A stretch of 64,000 nucleotides of DNA from Octopus sinensis (Eukaryota). The stretch spans positions 27,404,001 to 27,468,000 of the forward strand of contig NC_043010.1 in NCBI RefSeq assembly GCF_006345805.1, written 5' to 3'. Position numbers and translations under genes: made by a program. Positions 24,994 to 38,219 of this stretch are shown piece by piece. How positions within the stretch are numbered: position 1 is the first letter of the stretch; every line of letters begins with the position of its first letter. The notes beneath the pieces were generated by a model. It did no database searches. It worked only from the letters and a program-made list of their open reading frames with translations, and was not told where the DNA came from.

Positions 24994-26538
24994 CAGTAGT
25001 TTTATTTTTATAGCGTGCTTTCACTTCACTACCGAGCGCAGCTCTGTGTGCCTTGGGTATGTGCTGTGATTTGTTGTGATGCTCTGATTGTTACTGTATT
25101 GAAAGTGTTCTGCGTAGGATGTGTGCAGTGCCTTGTAGTTCAATTTTCTGTATGTTATATGTGTTTGTAAGTCCTGGTGTTTTTGTTATGTATTTATCTG
25201 AATTTGTTTTTTTATCATACCTAATGCACCAACTATGATAGGAATTGTTTCTGTTTTTAGATTCCACATTCTAGTTACCTCTATTTCCAGGTCTTTGTAT
25301 TTTGAAAGTTTCTCCATTTCTTTTTGAGATACGTTGTCATCTGCTGGTATTGATACATCAATTAGAAAGCATTTTTTTCTTCATGATCTCTGACAACTAT
25401 ATCTGGTCTGTTGGCCTTAATTTCTCTATCTGAGTGTATTGGCATATCCCAGAGTATGGTTGCTTTCTCGTTTTCTGTGACCTATTCTGGTGTGTGCCTA
25501 TACCATCTTTTTTCTGTTGTTATTCCATAATGTTGGCATTGTTTCCAGTGTATGTAGGTCCCAACTTTGTCGTGTCTGTGAATATATTCCTTCTTAGCCA
25601 GGACTGGGCAGCCAAAGATAATATGATTTATTGTTTCTTGTCCATCTCCACATATTCTGCAGTTACTTGTTATATTTCTTTTCATTACATGTTTTTGGTA
25701 ATTTCTGGTGGGGAGGCTTTGGTCTTGTGCTGCAATTAAAAATCCCTCTGTCTCTGCTTTGAGTCCTGAGCTTCTCAATCACTGCTGGGATTTTTCTTTG
25801 TCTATTTCTTTTGCATTTAGTTTAGTCCAGTACTTGTTTTGCTCGTGTTTTGCCGCTATTTGTATCAGTTTTCCTTGCTTCTGAAGTAGATATTTTTGCA
25901 GTACTATGGTGGTTATTTTATAGTAGTTTTCCAACTTTATAAGGCCTCTACCACCTTCTATACGTTGTATATATAGCCTTTCTTTCAGATTTTGGATTAA
26001 GGATAAGGATATTGTAGCTGTAACTTATAACTGGGACGGCTAAAGTGTTAATACCTATTATCTTGTTTTTAGCATTGAGTTCTGTTTTTAGTATTTATCT
26101 AACTCGTCTATAGTATTCTTTCTTTATGTTCTCTTTCATTTGTGTGTGTTGTGTTTTATCTAGTTCATGGATTCCTAAATATTTGTAAGTTTGGCTTTGG
26201 TCTAATTCTCTTATTTCATTGGTTTTATCTAGTGTGATGTTGCTACTCTTAACTAGTTTTCATTTTTTCAGGGTTACTTTGGCGTATTTTTCTAATCCAA
26301 ATTTCTTTGGTGAATCCTTGAACTGTCTTTAGTAGTGTTTCCAGCTGTTTGTCATTTGTAGCGTATAGTTTTAGGTCATCCATATATAAAAGGTGGCTAA
26401 TCGTTTTGCCGTAACATTTATATCCGCATCCAGTTCTATTTAGCATATCAGATAGAGGTGACAGCGCCAAGCAGAAAAGGAGTGGAGAGAGCGTGTCTCC
26501 CTGAAATATTCCTCTTCTAATGGGGATGGCTTTGGTTT

Positions 26539-26540
<2 letters not shown>
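24994..26540 (-). mobile_element. R4/Dong-clade non-LTR retrotransposon (RT + CCHC + restriction-like endonuclease), 5'-truncated, decayed
   Basis: GIFQGDTLSPLLFCLAL, HLLYMDDLKLY, ETEGFLIAAQDQSLPTRNY, CRICGDGQETINHIIFGC, RHDKVG. Both ends abut (ATT)n. Confidence 0.9.
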
Positions 26541-26589
<49 letters not shown>

Positions 26590-26597
<8 letters not shown>

Positions 26598-26790
26598 TGA
26601 AGATGCCTTGAGTACTTGTTCTGGATTTTTTGTGTTCTGAGTTCAAAACATGCTAAGGTCAACTTTGCTTTTCGTCCGTCTGAGGTTAGCCGGTAAAATA
26701 AAGTACTAGTGAAGTACTGAGTTCGAAGGCATCCCCTAACTTATTCCCATCAAAATATTGCAGGCCTTGTGCTTAATGCTGAAACCATTA
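26590..26790 (+). mobile_element. Degenerate Nin-domain SINE
   Basis: GTTCTGAGTTCAAAAC..GGTCAACTTTGCTTTTCGTCC..AAAATAAAGTACTAGT. Confidence 0.55.
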
Positions 26791-27479
26791 TGAAGTGGGA
26801 TTTTTAAAGAATATTTTACAAAGAATTATGGGAAAAGATCATCATTATTATGTGTTTTTCATAGTCTCTGATAAGGAATGAACGAAGGAAGGGAGGAAGG
26901 AAGGATGAATGGAAGGAAGGATGGATGGAAGGAAGGCAGGAAAAGGGGGAGGATGGATGGAAGAAATAGAAGGAAGGAAGGAACGGAGTAGGTGAAGAAG
27001 GAACGAAGAAAGAAAGATTGAAGCAGATCGGGTTTCGCTAAACATACCCACGCCCTAAATATGGTGATTGTCTTGTTTCAGTCTTACTTCGTTAATTCAC
27101 CGAATTATCAATAGTTTACGCCAACAATCCGGTCTCGCTTTCTACTAATGAGTTTGTCATTTCAATCGGCACATTGTCAACAGTTGAATTAGTTACTAAG
27201 TACAACATAAATTATCGCTGGCCTCTTCCTTCACACATCGAACATCGTAACCTAATACTCATTGATCATACATTCCTCCATCCCCACCAACACTCTTTAC
27301 TAGCAGAAGTGGATCTCAAAATACTTAGAACATCTGTGATTTTGGTATCTTTTGGTATCTCTAATTCGAGCCTACTCTAAGCTACTAAAATGCGTGTGGA
27401 AACTTGAAGATCCACCCACCACACGTTATATACATGCGGTTGCACGGGCATGAAAGCTACGTTGTTATCTTCATTCCAT

Positions 27480-27802
27480 AAACTGTGGCTTTTAACGGGT
27501 GGAGAGCTGAACTATCCTGGGGTACAGAGGATTTGCAGCCTAGACTAGGGTCTGAAGGTTTACCACACCATAGTGGGTTACAGCATGGTTCTTCTGCTTT
27601 GTGGCAGAAGTAGGAAAAAAGAGTGAGAGAAAGTTGTGGTGAAAGAGTACAGCGGGGTTCATCCTGCCTCCTCCGCCGGAGTCTCATGGAGCTTAGGTAT
27701 TTTTGCTCAATAAACACTCGAAATGCTCGGTCTGGGAATCGAAACCGCGTTCTTACGACCGAGAGTCCGCTGCCCTAACCACTAGCCCATTGCGCCTCCA
27801 CT
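27480..27802 (-). mobile_element. tRNA-derived SINE (family C)
   Basis: Minus strand GGAGGCGCAATGGGCTAGTGGTTAGGGCAGCGGACTC..GGTTTCGATTCCCAGACC. Head homologous to 47033. Confidence 0.75.
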
Positions 27803-28199
27803 GTTGCTGTTGTTGCTAACCTCCAAGTTAACTCTAATGGAGTAAACACACAACACGGGAACAATTTTGAACATAATTTCTGTTGAGTTAGCTTTTTTGA
27901 TTTAGAGAAAAATTGGTTGATTTCAAAACTACAGTCAGTTTTCTGCAATCGCATCAGGATTTTTCTTTTCTTTTTTTATCTCTTTTACAGCTTACTCTCT
28001 GAAGAAGCACAATTGTATTGTTCATCCATAAATAATACAGTTGATCAGCCGCTTTTATTATTTCATTGATAGCACTGGAAATATTTTCGAAAACATTTTT
28101 AGTTTTGCCTTTTAAAATTAGTCTTACTTTATTTCATTATATTTGCCATAAAGGCAGTACATAGAGTAGTAGCTTTGCGGGCTGGACAAGGACATTAAT

Positions 28200-29130
28200 G
28201 AAATGAATGATAACGAAGCAAAGATGATAAGGATGGGAGAAGACAAAAATCGCCCACCGACTTCTGCTTCTCTAAAACATTGTTCTTTAAAACCAAACAC
28301 AAAACGAGGTATTGAACCTCTTACAACTTCTACAACTTTTCAATTTTGGGACTTTACAGTCCATTACAAACAACATAGTTCAATAATTACATATAATACA
28401 CGAAGTTCAATCATCCTCCTCCCCGACCAGGTTGTACGCTACCCTTAAGCACTGTTCCAGGTCCAGGTCGGGGCCCCAGAATGCAAATCTGAACATGTCC
28501 TTCCGGAAGGCACCCATCACCTGGAACATAGCGACATCCGATATGACCTTCGTAGTCACCTGCGAAGGCCAATCCTCATCCTCTGTCCAGGGCATGGGCT
28601 CCTCTCTCCGGTCATCAAGCTTCTCTACGAAGCTCTGTACTGCCCCTCCCTTCTGGAAGATGACAAAATCATCTTTCCTCCTTCTGGGAGGGGCCGCTGT
28701 TTCTTCTGTCTGTGGCACACATCCCACCGACAAAGTTTCCGGGAATGCCTGCAGTTCACCATCAACCACCGGCAATGTCCCGTTCTTCTTTTTTCGTTTC
28801 CGCTTTTCCTTTACGACGGGAGGGTGGAGTTCCTCCGTCTTGTCTGGAAGTCCTTCTATTCCTCCCGCCGCCTCAGGATTCATTGATGGGCAGCCATTGT
28901 TGCCCACCTTCTTTCTTTTTCGATGGTGTTGCCTTCCCCTCAAATTCCTCCCTCTCTCCCTCCCCTTCCAATGGGGGAGCAGCGGGCTCTTCCATTAACT
29001 GTTCCAGGACCTCCGCTTGGTCCCGGCGGCAGTTTTTCTTTATGTGGCCCAATTCCAGGCACAAGTGACACTTGGGGGTGGGGTATGTCTCTCAAGGATC
29101 ACTGGGTACCTGGAACCGGCCATTGTAAAA
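28200..29130 (-). mobile_element. Gag-like ORF1 (CCHC zinc knuckle) of an L1/Tx1-type element plus 3' non-coding segment
   Basis: PKCHLCLELGHIKKNC (CX2CX4HX4C) near 29020-29075, basic KKRKRKK region, C-terminal WPSQV..F.F.FWGPDL domain. Homologous to 40060-40790. Confidence 0.7.
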
Positions 29131-29898
29131 TTAGTCCTACTTAATTTGGTGATGTTCAGTTCAGAAACGTCCTCAGAAATTTTCTATTACGTCAAGTTTT
29201 TTTTATTAAACAGGCATTCATTTTTAACCAAACAATATCAGTTTTGCCATTAAATGCAATACTGAAATAAGAGACTTACACAAACCAAATAGTTCTTTTT
29301 ATTGCTTAACAAATATATTACACAGAATATTTAATTACTTGTCTTAGGATAGGCAGTTCTGTCGAATTAGAGTTTCAGCTACTCAACTGTATATTTGCTG
29401 CTTTGTACCAATAATAACTTGTTTAATATTGTTTAAAACTGCAGACTTATATTTGAGGGAAATTTTGGTCAAATATATCTGGTGCTGTGTGGCTTATACT
29501 ATTATCTTGTATTGTCAGGTTGCTCGGGAACCCTACTGGTAATCACTAACGCAGGACAACCGGCTGCATGGCCGTTTCGTCGGTAGTCAAAGAAGCAATC
29601 CATCCAAACTTAACTTGGTGAGGAGCGGGATTTTGGATATTCTGCAGGATGATAAATACGAGCCACCAAAAGGTGTTCACGCTGGCTGCGAGCACACGTC
29701 ATTGAAAATATTTTAAAATGCCGGCTACATCTGGCGGTAATGTTGTCTACTGTTGGACAATTTTTTCGTGTCTATCCGCTATTTATGATTTTAACATAAC
29801 ACGATCCAAAGAGGTGTCATCTCATAATGAGTGCTGCAGTAAGCAGATTGTCAACGGTGTATATATATTAAATATGATACATAGATGGATATATATAT

Positions 29899-30002
<104 letters not shown>

Positions 30003-30559
30003 TGTGTAAATAGAGATATATAGAGACAGTTACACACGCGCACATATACACGCACATACACATAAATATGTATAAATATATATGTAATGTTTTTCCTCAT
30101 TGCAGAATTATTTCTCATTATCTTTTAAATAATATTTGCATTCAATACGTTGTCAGCAGTAAATTAACTATTGTCTACGGTGTCTGTAAATTAATACAGA
30201 CAGTTGAGTTGATATATTCAATTATTTAGATCTTCACCCCCGTAACACTTTCATCATCAATATTGTCTGATCACCAATGAAAATTAGGAAGGATATTGAT
30301 CGAGTTGCATACACTTGATCACTAGTTAACCATGTATATATAAATATAATCAACTCAAAGAAAGGAATAAAATTAACGGACCACATGTGGACGTGCACAA
30401 GGAATATATTAGTTTGATATATATATATATTATATATTAGTCCCCCTCTCACTTTCTTTCTCTTTTCTTTTTCTCGTTCCCACATTTCTTGGCCCTCTCT
30501 TTCTTTAACTCCTTCTTTTTTCTCCTCGTTTATTTTCCCTGTACCTTTCTCTTTGTTAC

Positions 30560-30970
30560 TGATTTTTTTCTAACCCTTCAATCCTGCTGCCCCCTACCAA
30601 TCTCTCCTCCTTCCACGCGACCGGTGTCCGACCAGCCATGATCTTTCTTTCTTGGCCTGACCGCCAACCTCCAACACCTCTTATGTCCATCTCCTATGTT
30701 CCTGCCTTTAGGCTTTCACTTCATACACGCCAGCTCAATTTGATTTGTTGAAAGACACCTGTTGTTATTTTCTTGTTGTTTGTATTTGTAATTGAGTACC
30801 ATGTTCTCCGTTTTTTGTCTTTGTTGTCCGACACATTCACTATCTTTCTTTACAAAGGGGTCTAATGCTTTTAGTTTAGACTTTTGGGAGGCAACCAGAT
30901 CGAACTATCTCAAGTGTAACTGCCCGAAACAGTATGGACTTTTGGTAACTTGACTGCGGAAAAGAGGCCA
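30560..30970 (+). repeat. Non-coding pyrimidine-rich repeat unit ending in a permuted hammerhead (probable Penelope-like terminal repeat)
   Basis: Non-coding unit terminating at the HHR motif. Family assignment is inference. Confidence 0.4.
30881..30964 (+). ncRNA. Second non-circularly permuted hammerhead candidate (degenerate copy)
   Basis: CUUUU ggga GGCA ACCAGA ucga ACUAU C UCAAGU guaac UGCC c GAA ACAGU auggacu UUUGGU a ACUUGA CUGCGGA AAAG. Confidence 0.6.
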
Positions 30971-31071
30971 CATTTTTTTTTTGCCTATCCTTCTAATTGT
31001 TGTTTCTCCTGTCCGGCTTCGTATCGTCTATCTGTCCAAATATTCTATTGTCCTCTATTGCGTTTTTGTTC

Positions 31072-31126
<55 letters not shown>

Positions 31127-31559
31127 CTTGTGTGTGTGTGTGTGTGTATTACAGAGATGTACTTGCATAGCAAGTGACCTGATCTGAGATCGTGTGCTGG
31201 CACGAAAACTATTGTAGCGTGGAAGATGTTTATAAGCCATTTAAGAAACACACAAAAACCGTTAGATTCACTTCAACATTTAAATTTAATTTGTCAAAAT
31301 ATTTTCGTCGCTTTGAGACGGGAATTGTTTATATATATATATATATATATGTACTGTATGTATGCATAGATGGCTGAATTTGCGTTCATATGTAAATAGT
31401 AAAATTACAGTAATGAGCATATAAATAGATATATGGCAGTAAATGAAAAAAAGCAATAAAACTGCCACAGAAAAATATACAGTATTATAAGCAAACTATT
31501 AGCAACAATAACATCAGCAGCAATAACATGGATACACGTATCGTTTGAAAATTAACGAC

Positions 31560-31930
31560 AAAACGCAGTCTTTGCGAACGTCTTATTATTATTTTGCAAA
31601 ATTAAATATTTTCGATATCGAACGTTTTGCTGAGAGAACGTAAGTACAACTATATTTTGTAAATCAGAGTAATACAAGTTTTCTGCAATTCTGGCTCGGA
31701 ATTTCTGGTACCACCATTGACACTGGCTTATGCTTATTTTCTGATCCCCATATACTGCATTAACACTCCTTGCACTTTCCGTTGCGTTGTTGCCTTTATT
31801 AAACTCATAAAGCAAAATATGGCGAATATGCTCTTTTGCCACTTTCATTACAGCTATGAAAAAATAACTGTTAAAATCGCACTGCACTCTTCAAAACTTG
31901 CACTAAGAATAAGTTAAATTTAATAGTACA
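31560..31930 (-). mobile_element. Mariner transposon 5' fragment (HTH region)
   Basis: MKVAKEHIRHILLYEFNKGNNATESARSVNAVYG...CQWWYQKFRA. Homologous to the 5' part of 32459-33588. Confidence 0.8.
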
Positions 31931-32458
31931 AGTCATTTGTAATCCCAGACACACGTGAGAAGAGAAAAGTAAAGCATTTGTGTCTCACTAAAACTTCAGC
32001 AGTGTTTTTCTTCCGCCTGAATAAGAATTTGATTTAGCCATGGCAGATATTTTAAGTGAAATGGGAACGTGACGAAAACATGACAGTACAAAAGCACAGT
32101 ATTTGGGAAGGAGAAATCCAAGGATCCCTATCAAGGACTTCGGTGATGATATCGATTTCTAGTCAGTAGCCACTCATTAAACACAAAATTGGCAGATGGT
32201 CAGTAATGATGTTGCATTTGGCGATATATGATCGGGTATGGTTACCACAAGCATATAACTCTTTCCTGTGGAGAGTACTGAGAGAAATACATTCTTGTTC
32301 TGTATCGAATCCAAAGAAGACCCAGCTGCCACATATGTGGTAGCAAAACCCATTTCAAAGCTTTCTGTACAGAAGGTCTAAAAGAACATCAACAAATAGG
32401 GCACATGATTGTCCCAGAGCGATACCAGACACAACTCACAAATAAGCAAATGAAATTA

Positions 32459-33588
32459 TTGGGTCATCCCTTAAATAATGCGGTTTTTATACTTCTTTTA
32501 TTTTTCAAAATTAAGATAAACAGTTCTTTTTTAATCTAAAATATACTCTCCTTCATTTTCTACAATGCTCTTCCATCTATCTGGTAGACTTGCAAGGCCC
32601 CACCTCCAAACTTCACATGACCTTGACGAAAAATACTCCTCCAGGACTGTTCTGATCTCGTCTGCAGAATTCATATATTTTCCGTCCAAATGATTTTGAA
32701 GACTGCAGAATAAATGATTTTCAGATGGGGTAATGTCTGGCGAGTATTTTGGGTGGGGTATCGTTTCCCATTCAAACTGCTCTAGTCTTTGGAATGTCAT
32801 CCTCGCTGTATGTGATCGAGCATTATTCTGATGGAAAAACACCTTTCGTCTTGAAAGCAAAGATGGTCGTTTTTCTTCTAGCGCTATCTTAAGCCGCTCA
32901 AGATGCTCGCAGCAGATATCCTTTGCTATCGTTTGGTTTGGGTCTAAAAGTTCAAAGTGGACTAAACCTTTCATATCCCACCAAACATTTCCCGTCACCA
33001 GTCACTTTTCGGTCCATTCGTGAGACCTGACAACAAAAAAGAGCACATATTCACTCTCTGCGCGCAATTAGACTAGGAAAGTTTGTGAGGAACCCATTGA
33101 GTCAGTTTGTTGACTTTTCCGATGGTATATAGGTTTCGATGAATGGTTGAATGACCAAATCCAAGCTTTTCTGCTAGTTTCTCAACAGAGTTTTCAGGAG
33201 GTTCTCGTCGAGCTCCACAGATCTTCCTGAACGAGTCTTGTCTTCTAGGCTGTAGTTTCCGGCTCGGAATTTCTGAAGCCAAAGTTGGCATTGGCTTACG
33301 TTTATTGTCCGATCCCTATATATTGCATTTGATATTCCTCGCACTTTCCGTTGCATTGCTGCCTTTATTGAACTCATAAAGCAAAAGATATGCTGAATAT
33401 GCTGATTTGTCACATCTATTATAGCTTTAAAAAATAACTGTTAAAATCGAAAACTTGCACTAAGAATAAGTACAAGGCAAAATTACTACTTTCTTTTATA
33501 GCAAGTTGATGCAGGTAGTGTATCCTGTCCCCCTTCAACTTTTTAGTTCATGGAATTGAAAAACGGTATTATTTATGAGGTGACCCAA
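32459..33588 (-). mobile_element. Mariner (DD34D) transposon, near full-length, decayed
   Basis: TIRs TTGGGTCATCCCTTAAATAAT / TATTTATGAGGTGACCCAA with TA on both sides. Motifs WVPHKLS, VWWD.KG.VHFELL, HQNNARSHTA, HPKYSPDITPSENHLF. Confidence 0.93.
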
Positions 33589-34069
33589 TACTTCATTTAC
33601 GTTATGATAATGAGTCTTAACTCCTAGTCACAACCGACGCAGACAGGTAGAGTGACCTACCGTAACAATGAAGGCTAGTACTAAACAACCAGGAAGTAAC
33701 CACTTACAAAGATGGAGGCGGAGGCCGATAGACATAAGTAGACTTCCTCAAAACACGGGAAAAGATCCAATGGGAAAAAGAGGAAAAACAAAAATTTATA
33801 AGTATGCGAAATGGGTTACACCTCTGGCGAGGATGAAATTTTCTCCGTTGAGGAAGAACCTATATCTTTTGAAAGAGAACCAATGCCCTATCAGGTTGAA
33901 CTGGTCAGCCAGCCAGTCAACCAGCCAGCCAACCATCTTTTCCTTGGCACCGAAAGAAATGAAATTCACAACTATTCGCAAGAATCACAAAGCTCTTTTA
34001 TCACAATAGACACAAGGAATATATTATATTGAAGAAGTGTAGATCGAAATGGAAATAGGATCACATTTT

Positions 34070-34780
34070 AAACAGAATAAAATGAACAGAATAATGATAT
34101 ACCTTTCGAATAGACTTTACGAAGAGTTCTTCTTTACGAGTCATGTCCAGAATGTAGGACATAGGCCATCATGTCCTAGCACAATTCTCTCTTCTTTGAT
34201 TCTGTAACAGTTTCACTTCTTGATGTTCGATGCCTCTTTCTTCCAACCAATTCGTCAAGCTCGATATCTATATCCTCATCCTCCTCCTCCTCCTCTTCCT
34301 TATTCTGTTTCTTTTCCATTCAGTCTTTCAGGTCCTAGCTAAATTCTCCCTGGATCCTCTTTCGTCATCACATGGCCAAAAAATCTCAGTTATTTGGAGC
34401 TTATCTCACGAAACAGTTTCCGATATACCACAGCCTGGGTCATCACTGCTTCATTAGACACTTTATTTGTCCATGCTATCCTTAACATACTCCATAACAG
34501 CCACGTTTCATAGCTCGCCAAGCACTTTCTCATTTCTCATGTTATAGGCCATACCTCACAGTTCAATATGTGGTTCTTGGTCTTGATTCTCAGCGTGCGT
34601 TTTTAAGATGTTATATAATTCTGAGAATGCAGATTTTTCCAGCACTATTCATCTTATGATACCTTTCACACATCTAGAAAGGGTTTTATTTCAATATTGC
34701 AGAATATATGGGCCATCACTTACCCGTTTCAACACATGAAATCGTCACAGGAGATTTCAAATTCCCTAAGTAAAATGCAA
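34070..34780 (-). mobile_element. RTE-clade LINE fragment, old
   Basis: Minus-strand translation ..ASYETWLLWSMLRIAWTNKVSNEAV..LRFFGHVM.. matches the RTE C-terminal pattern. Confidence 0.6.
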
Positions 34781-35419
34781 AAATGAAATATATTGGCAGC
34801 TATATATAATCAGGAATGTAAGATACTTCGATCAGTGCAATTTGTGGTTTTATTTATAGTTTTATGTCAATTGAATATAAAATAAATACCTAGTTTTAAT
34901 TATTGCCTTTGTAATCATATTTTTTAATTACTTCTGCGTAAATTTAAATTGGAATATTGTTTTTGATTTTTGTTTCTTTTTTTACCTGACACTGCTTTGA
35001 GATTTTTGTCTTAACTCTTCTGTAACACCAGCTGTTCTTTCTGCTTAACGTTCTTCTTCCTTTGTAGTTTTAGCTCGTTTCTTTGCCTTTCCTTCCCATT
35101 CTTCTTCTCTACGATTGCATGTATCCATCAAGGTCTCTCTTGCGTTGTTCAAGCCTTCGCTCTTGTCATGGCACTTTGTCCTTTGTTTCTCTTAGGCTTC
35201 TAATCCCAAGAATTTGCACAGCAACAGCAGCTGCGCAATATAGATTTTCGTTAACAGCTTCAGTCATATTTTCACCACCACCACCACCACCACCACCACT
35301 ACTACTACTTATCATTATTACTATTGTTATTATTACTGTTTTACTTCTCAGAACGTTCCATCTTGTTTGTTCTGGTAGATTCTGTGAGAGTAGACAGCAG
35401 CCTGCCGTCAGAGGTCTCA

Positions 35420-35770
35420 CACGGTCTCTTTCCACACATTATAAGCTTTGATACTCGGTTGTTTATTATCGTGGGAGACATTCAACATCCAAGTACCAAT
35501 CTCAAAATCCTAGCTGTCTCCATCAGAGCACTTTTGTGGGGCTTACTCTGCTCTCATCTCAATTCCGATTTCTTTCACATATTTCTCGAACTTTATTGTT
35601 AGTGCTCCGAGTCCCCCTACTGGAATGACAGACACTCTCCTAATAGTCTACATTCTTATAATTTCATCTTTTAATAGTTGGCTTTTTAATCTTTTCTAGT
35701 TCTTTGTCACTCGTGCATTTCCAGGTATTACAATATCTATGATCTTGGTTTCCTTTTTCCTTAATCCAAT
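35420..35770 (-). mobile_element. R4-clade RLE 3' fragment, old
   Basis: IIDIVIPGNARV..KDEIIRM..VSVIPVGGLGALT..ALMETARIL. Confidence 0.6.
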
Positions 35771-35803
35771 GAGCCTCAGTTAGGGAGTCACATTGGATTA
35801 TAA

Positions 35804-35884
<81 letters not shown>

Positions 35885-35886
<2 letters not shown>

Positions 35887-38200
35887 CACTCAACAGATTA
35901 GATTGTTGGAAAAGAAAAGAATCCTAACATCGGGTTACAACAAGTAACCTTAGATGGCAAGAACCCTCCTAAGTACCCAAGCTGTCCCTAATAACACCGT
36001 TTTCTGGAGCTGTACGAAACTGGGTTTTATGCCTATTTCCTCTATCCATCTGTTCAGATTTTTAGGGATAGTTCCCAACACACATATAACTCCCGGGATA
36101 CATTTTACCCGCACTTTTCATAGTCTCTGTAATTCAATAGCTAAGATCTGGTATTTTGATATTTTTGCTATACTTCTCATATTAATTTTCTCATCATTTG
36201 GGACTACAAAGTCAATTATCTGGTACTTTCTATTCTCTTTATCAACTACTACCAAATCAGACCTTCTAGCTTCTATTACTCTGTCAGTCTGAATATTAAA
36301 GTCCCACATCTTGTATTTCCTACTTTCTAGTACTTTACTAGATTCATGTTCATACCATTTATCAATATGTTCAAATCCTAGCTTTCAACAAAGCTCCCAG
36401 TGGATTGCTCTTCCTAGATTTTCTTGCCTTTTCTTGTATTCTTTCTGTGCCATCATGCTACATTCACTTACTATATGAGTAACGCTTTCCTATTTTCATT
36501 TACATAATCTACATTGGGAATCTACTTGGTTTTTGTCTATTTTGGTTTGTATCCAATTAGTCCTTAATGCTTAATCTTGTGCAGCTACTAACTAACTTTC
36601 TGTTTCCCTCTCCAGCTTTCCCTTCTGCAGCCATAACCATGTCTCACTACTACTATTTGCTGAAACTATCTTTGGGAATCTACCATACAACGCCTTCTCC
36701 TGCCAGTCAGATAATTTCTGTTCTTTTTTCTGGTTTTTAAGTTTGGTGTTTTGGTTTCACTATGTCTTGATGTGACTCTAGCAGCTTTTAATAAACTTTC
36801 TTTACTATTACCTATATAAGAGTCTATATCTACTCTAGCGAACTCCACGCAGTCTTCCACTGATATTAACCCTCTTCCACCTTCCTTTCTAGGTAGGTAT
36901 AATCTTGCTACTCCTGGCCTTGGGTGGAGTCCTCCATTCATATTGAATTCCTTGCTAGGTCTTCTGTCTAGCTTTGCTAATTCAGTTTTTGTCCAATCTA
37001 CAAAAGCTGCTGAGTATCTAAGAAATGATACCGACCAAGTATTTACAGCCTTCACTAGATTCGTACCATTTAGCTTTAACTTCATTAGCCTCCTCATTCT
37101 TCTGGTGTACTCCTTCTCAATTTTTGTTTTCATTTCTATAGTAAGTATTCTGTCAGATTCTAATACTCCTAAATACTTATAACTCTCTCCTCCTTTCAAT
37201 GATTTTAATGTCTGGCCATTTGGTAATTGGGTGCCTACGCTGTTGATTACCTGTCCCCTTACCTATGCCAAATTCCATGCCTATATTTTTGCTGTATTAA
37301 GGAATCTATCTCTTTTTCATTCTTACTAAAAAACTTCAGGTCATCCATGTAGAGCAAATGGTTATTTTTTCCCTTACTATTTCTGAACTGGTACTCTGCC
37401 TTTGACTTCCATAATAGCACACTGAAGGGTATCAAATATAGGACAAATATTAAAGGGGACAACGAGTCCCCCTTGAAAATTCCTCTTTTGATATTAACTT
37501 TCCTTAAAAGTGTGTCACCTGAGTAGAGATCTACTTTCCATTTCTATATGCTAAAGCTAATTAATTCTCTTATGTTGTCTGCTATACTGAACATACTCAA
37601 ACATTCTCTTATCTAAGAGTGTGGGATCAAGTCATATGCTTTCCTATAATATGTCCATGCTATTGTTAGATTTTTCTCTCTAGCTTTTACTTCATTTAGA
37701 ACTGCTTTTTCTATTTATGATAGATCATGCGTTCCTCTAGCGTTTCTGTTCTTCTGGTAGTAAATGTTTCTGGTAGTTCCTGCAATCTTTTTGTTCTTCT
37801 GGTAGTAAATTCTGGTTGTCAAGGTGCTCGTAATTGCTTTCTGAAAGCATTCCTGTTAACAGCTTCCACATTAATGATAAGTAAGTGATTGGTCTATCGT
37901 TGCTAGCTGTATCACCCTCGCTCTTATCTTTCATAATGAGTATTGTCCTCCCTCTAATCAGCCAATCTGGCATTATTCCTCCACTGAGGCAATCTTGAAG
38001 TTTCCCATGTAAACTACTGAATTCCTTTAGCCAATGCCCTTGAACTAAATCTGGTCCTGGGCCCTTCCAATTTGGCATTTTCCTAACACTTTACTCATTA
38101 ATGCACTGGTTAATCTTAGATCTGGCTGCTTCTCACTCACTACTTCTTCCCTCACTTTCTTTAATCATTCTACATCTCCATTATGATTGACTGGTTTATC
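35885..38200 (-). mobile_element. R4/Dong-clade retrotransposon, second family, decayed
   Basis: MPNWKGPGPDLVQGHWLK, RPITYLSLMWKLLT, SPLIFVL, HLLYMDDLKFF, YKYLGVLE, KAVNTW, WDFNIQTDRVIEARRSDLVVVDK, LQKTVLLGTA. 3' end abuts (ATT)n. Confidence 0.88.
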
Positions 38201-38219
38201 CCAATTATTATTATTTAAA

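Noticed and set aside
33668-34032. Overlapping 113/73-aa ORFs as a host gene
   Set aside because: No recognisable domain, lies between a mariner and an RTE fragment, no exon structure evident.
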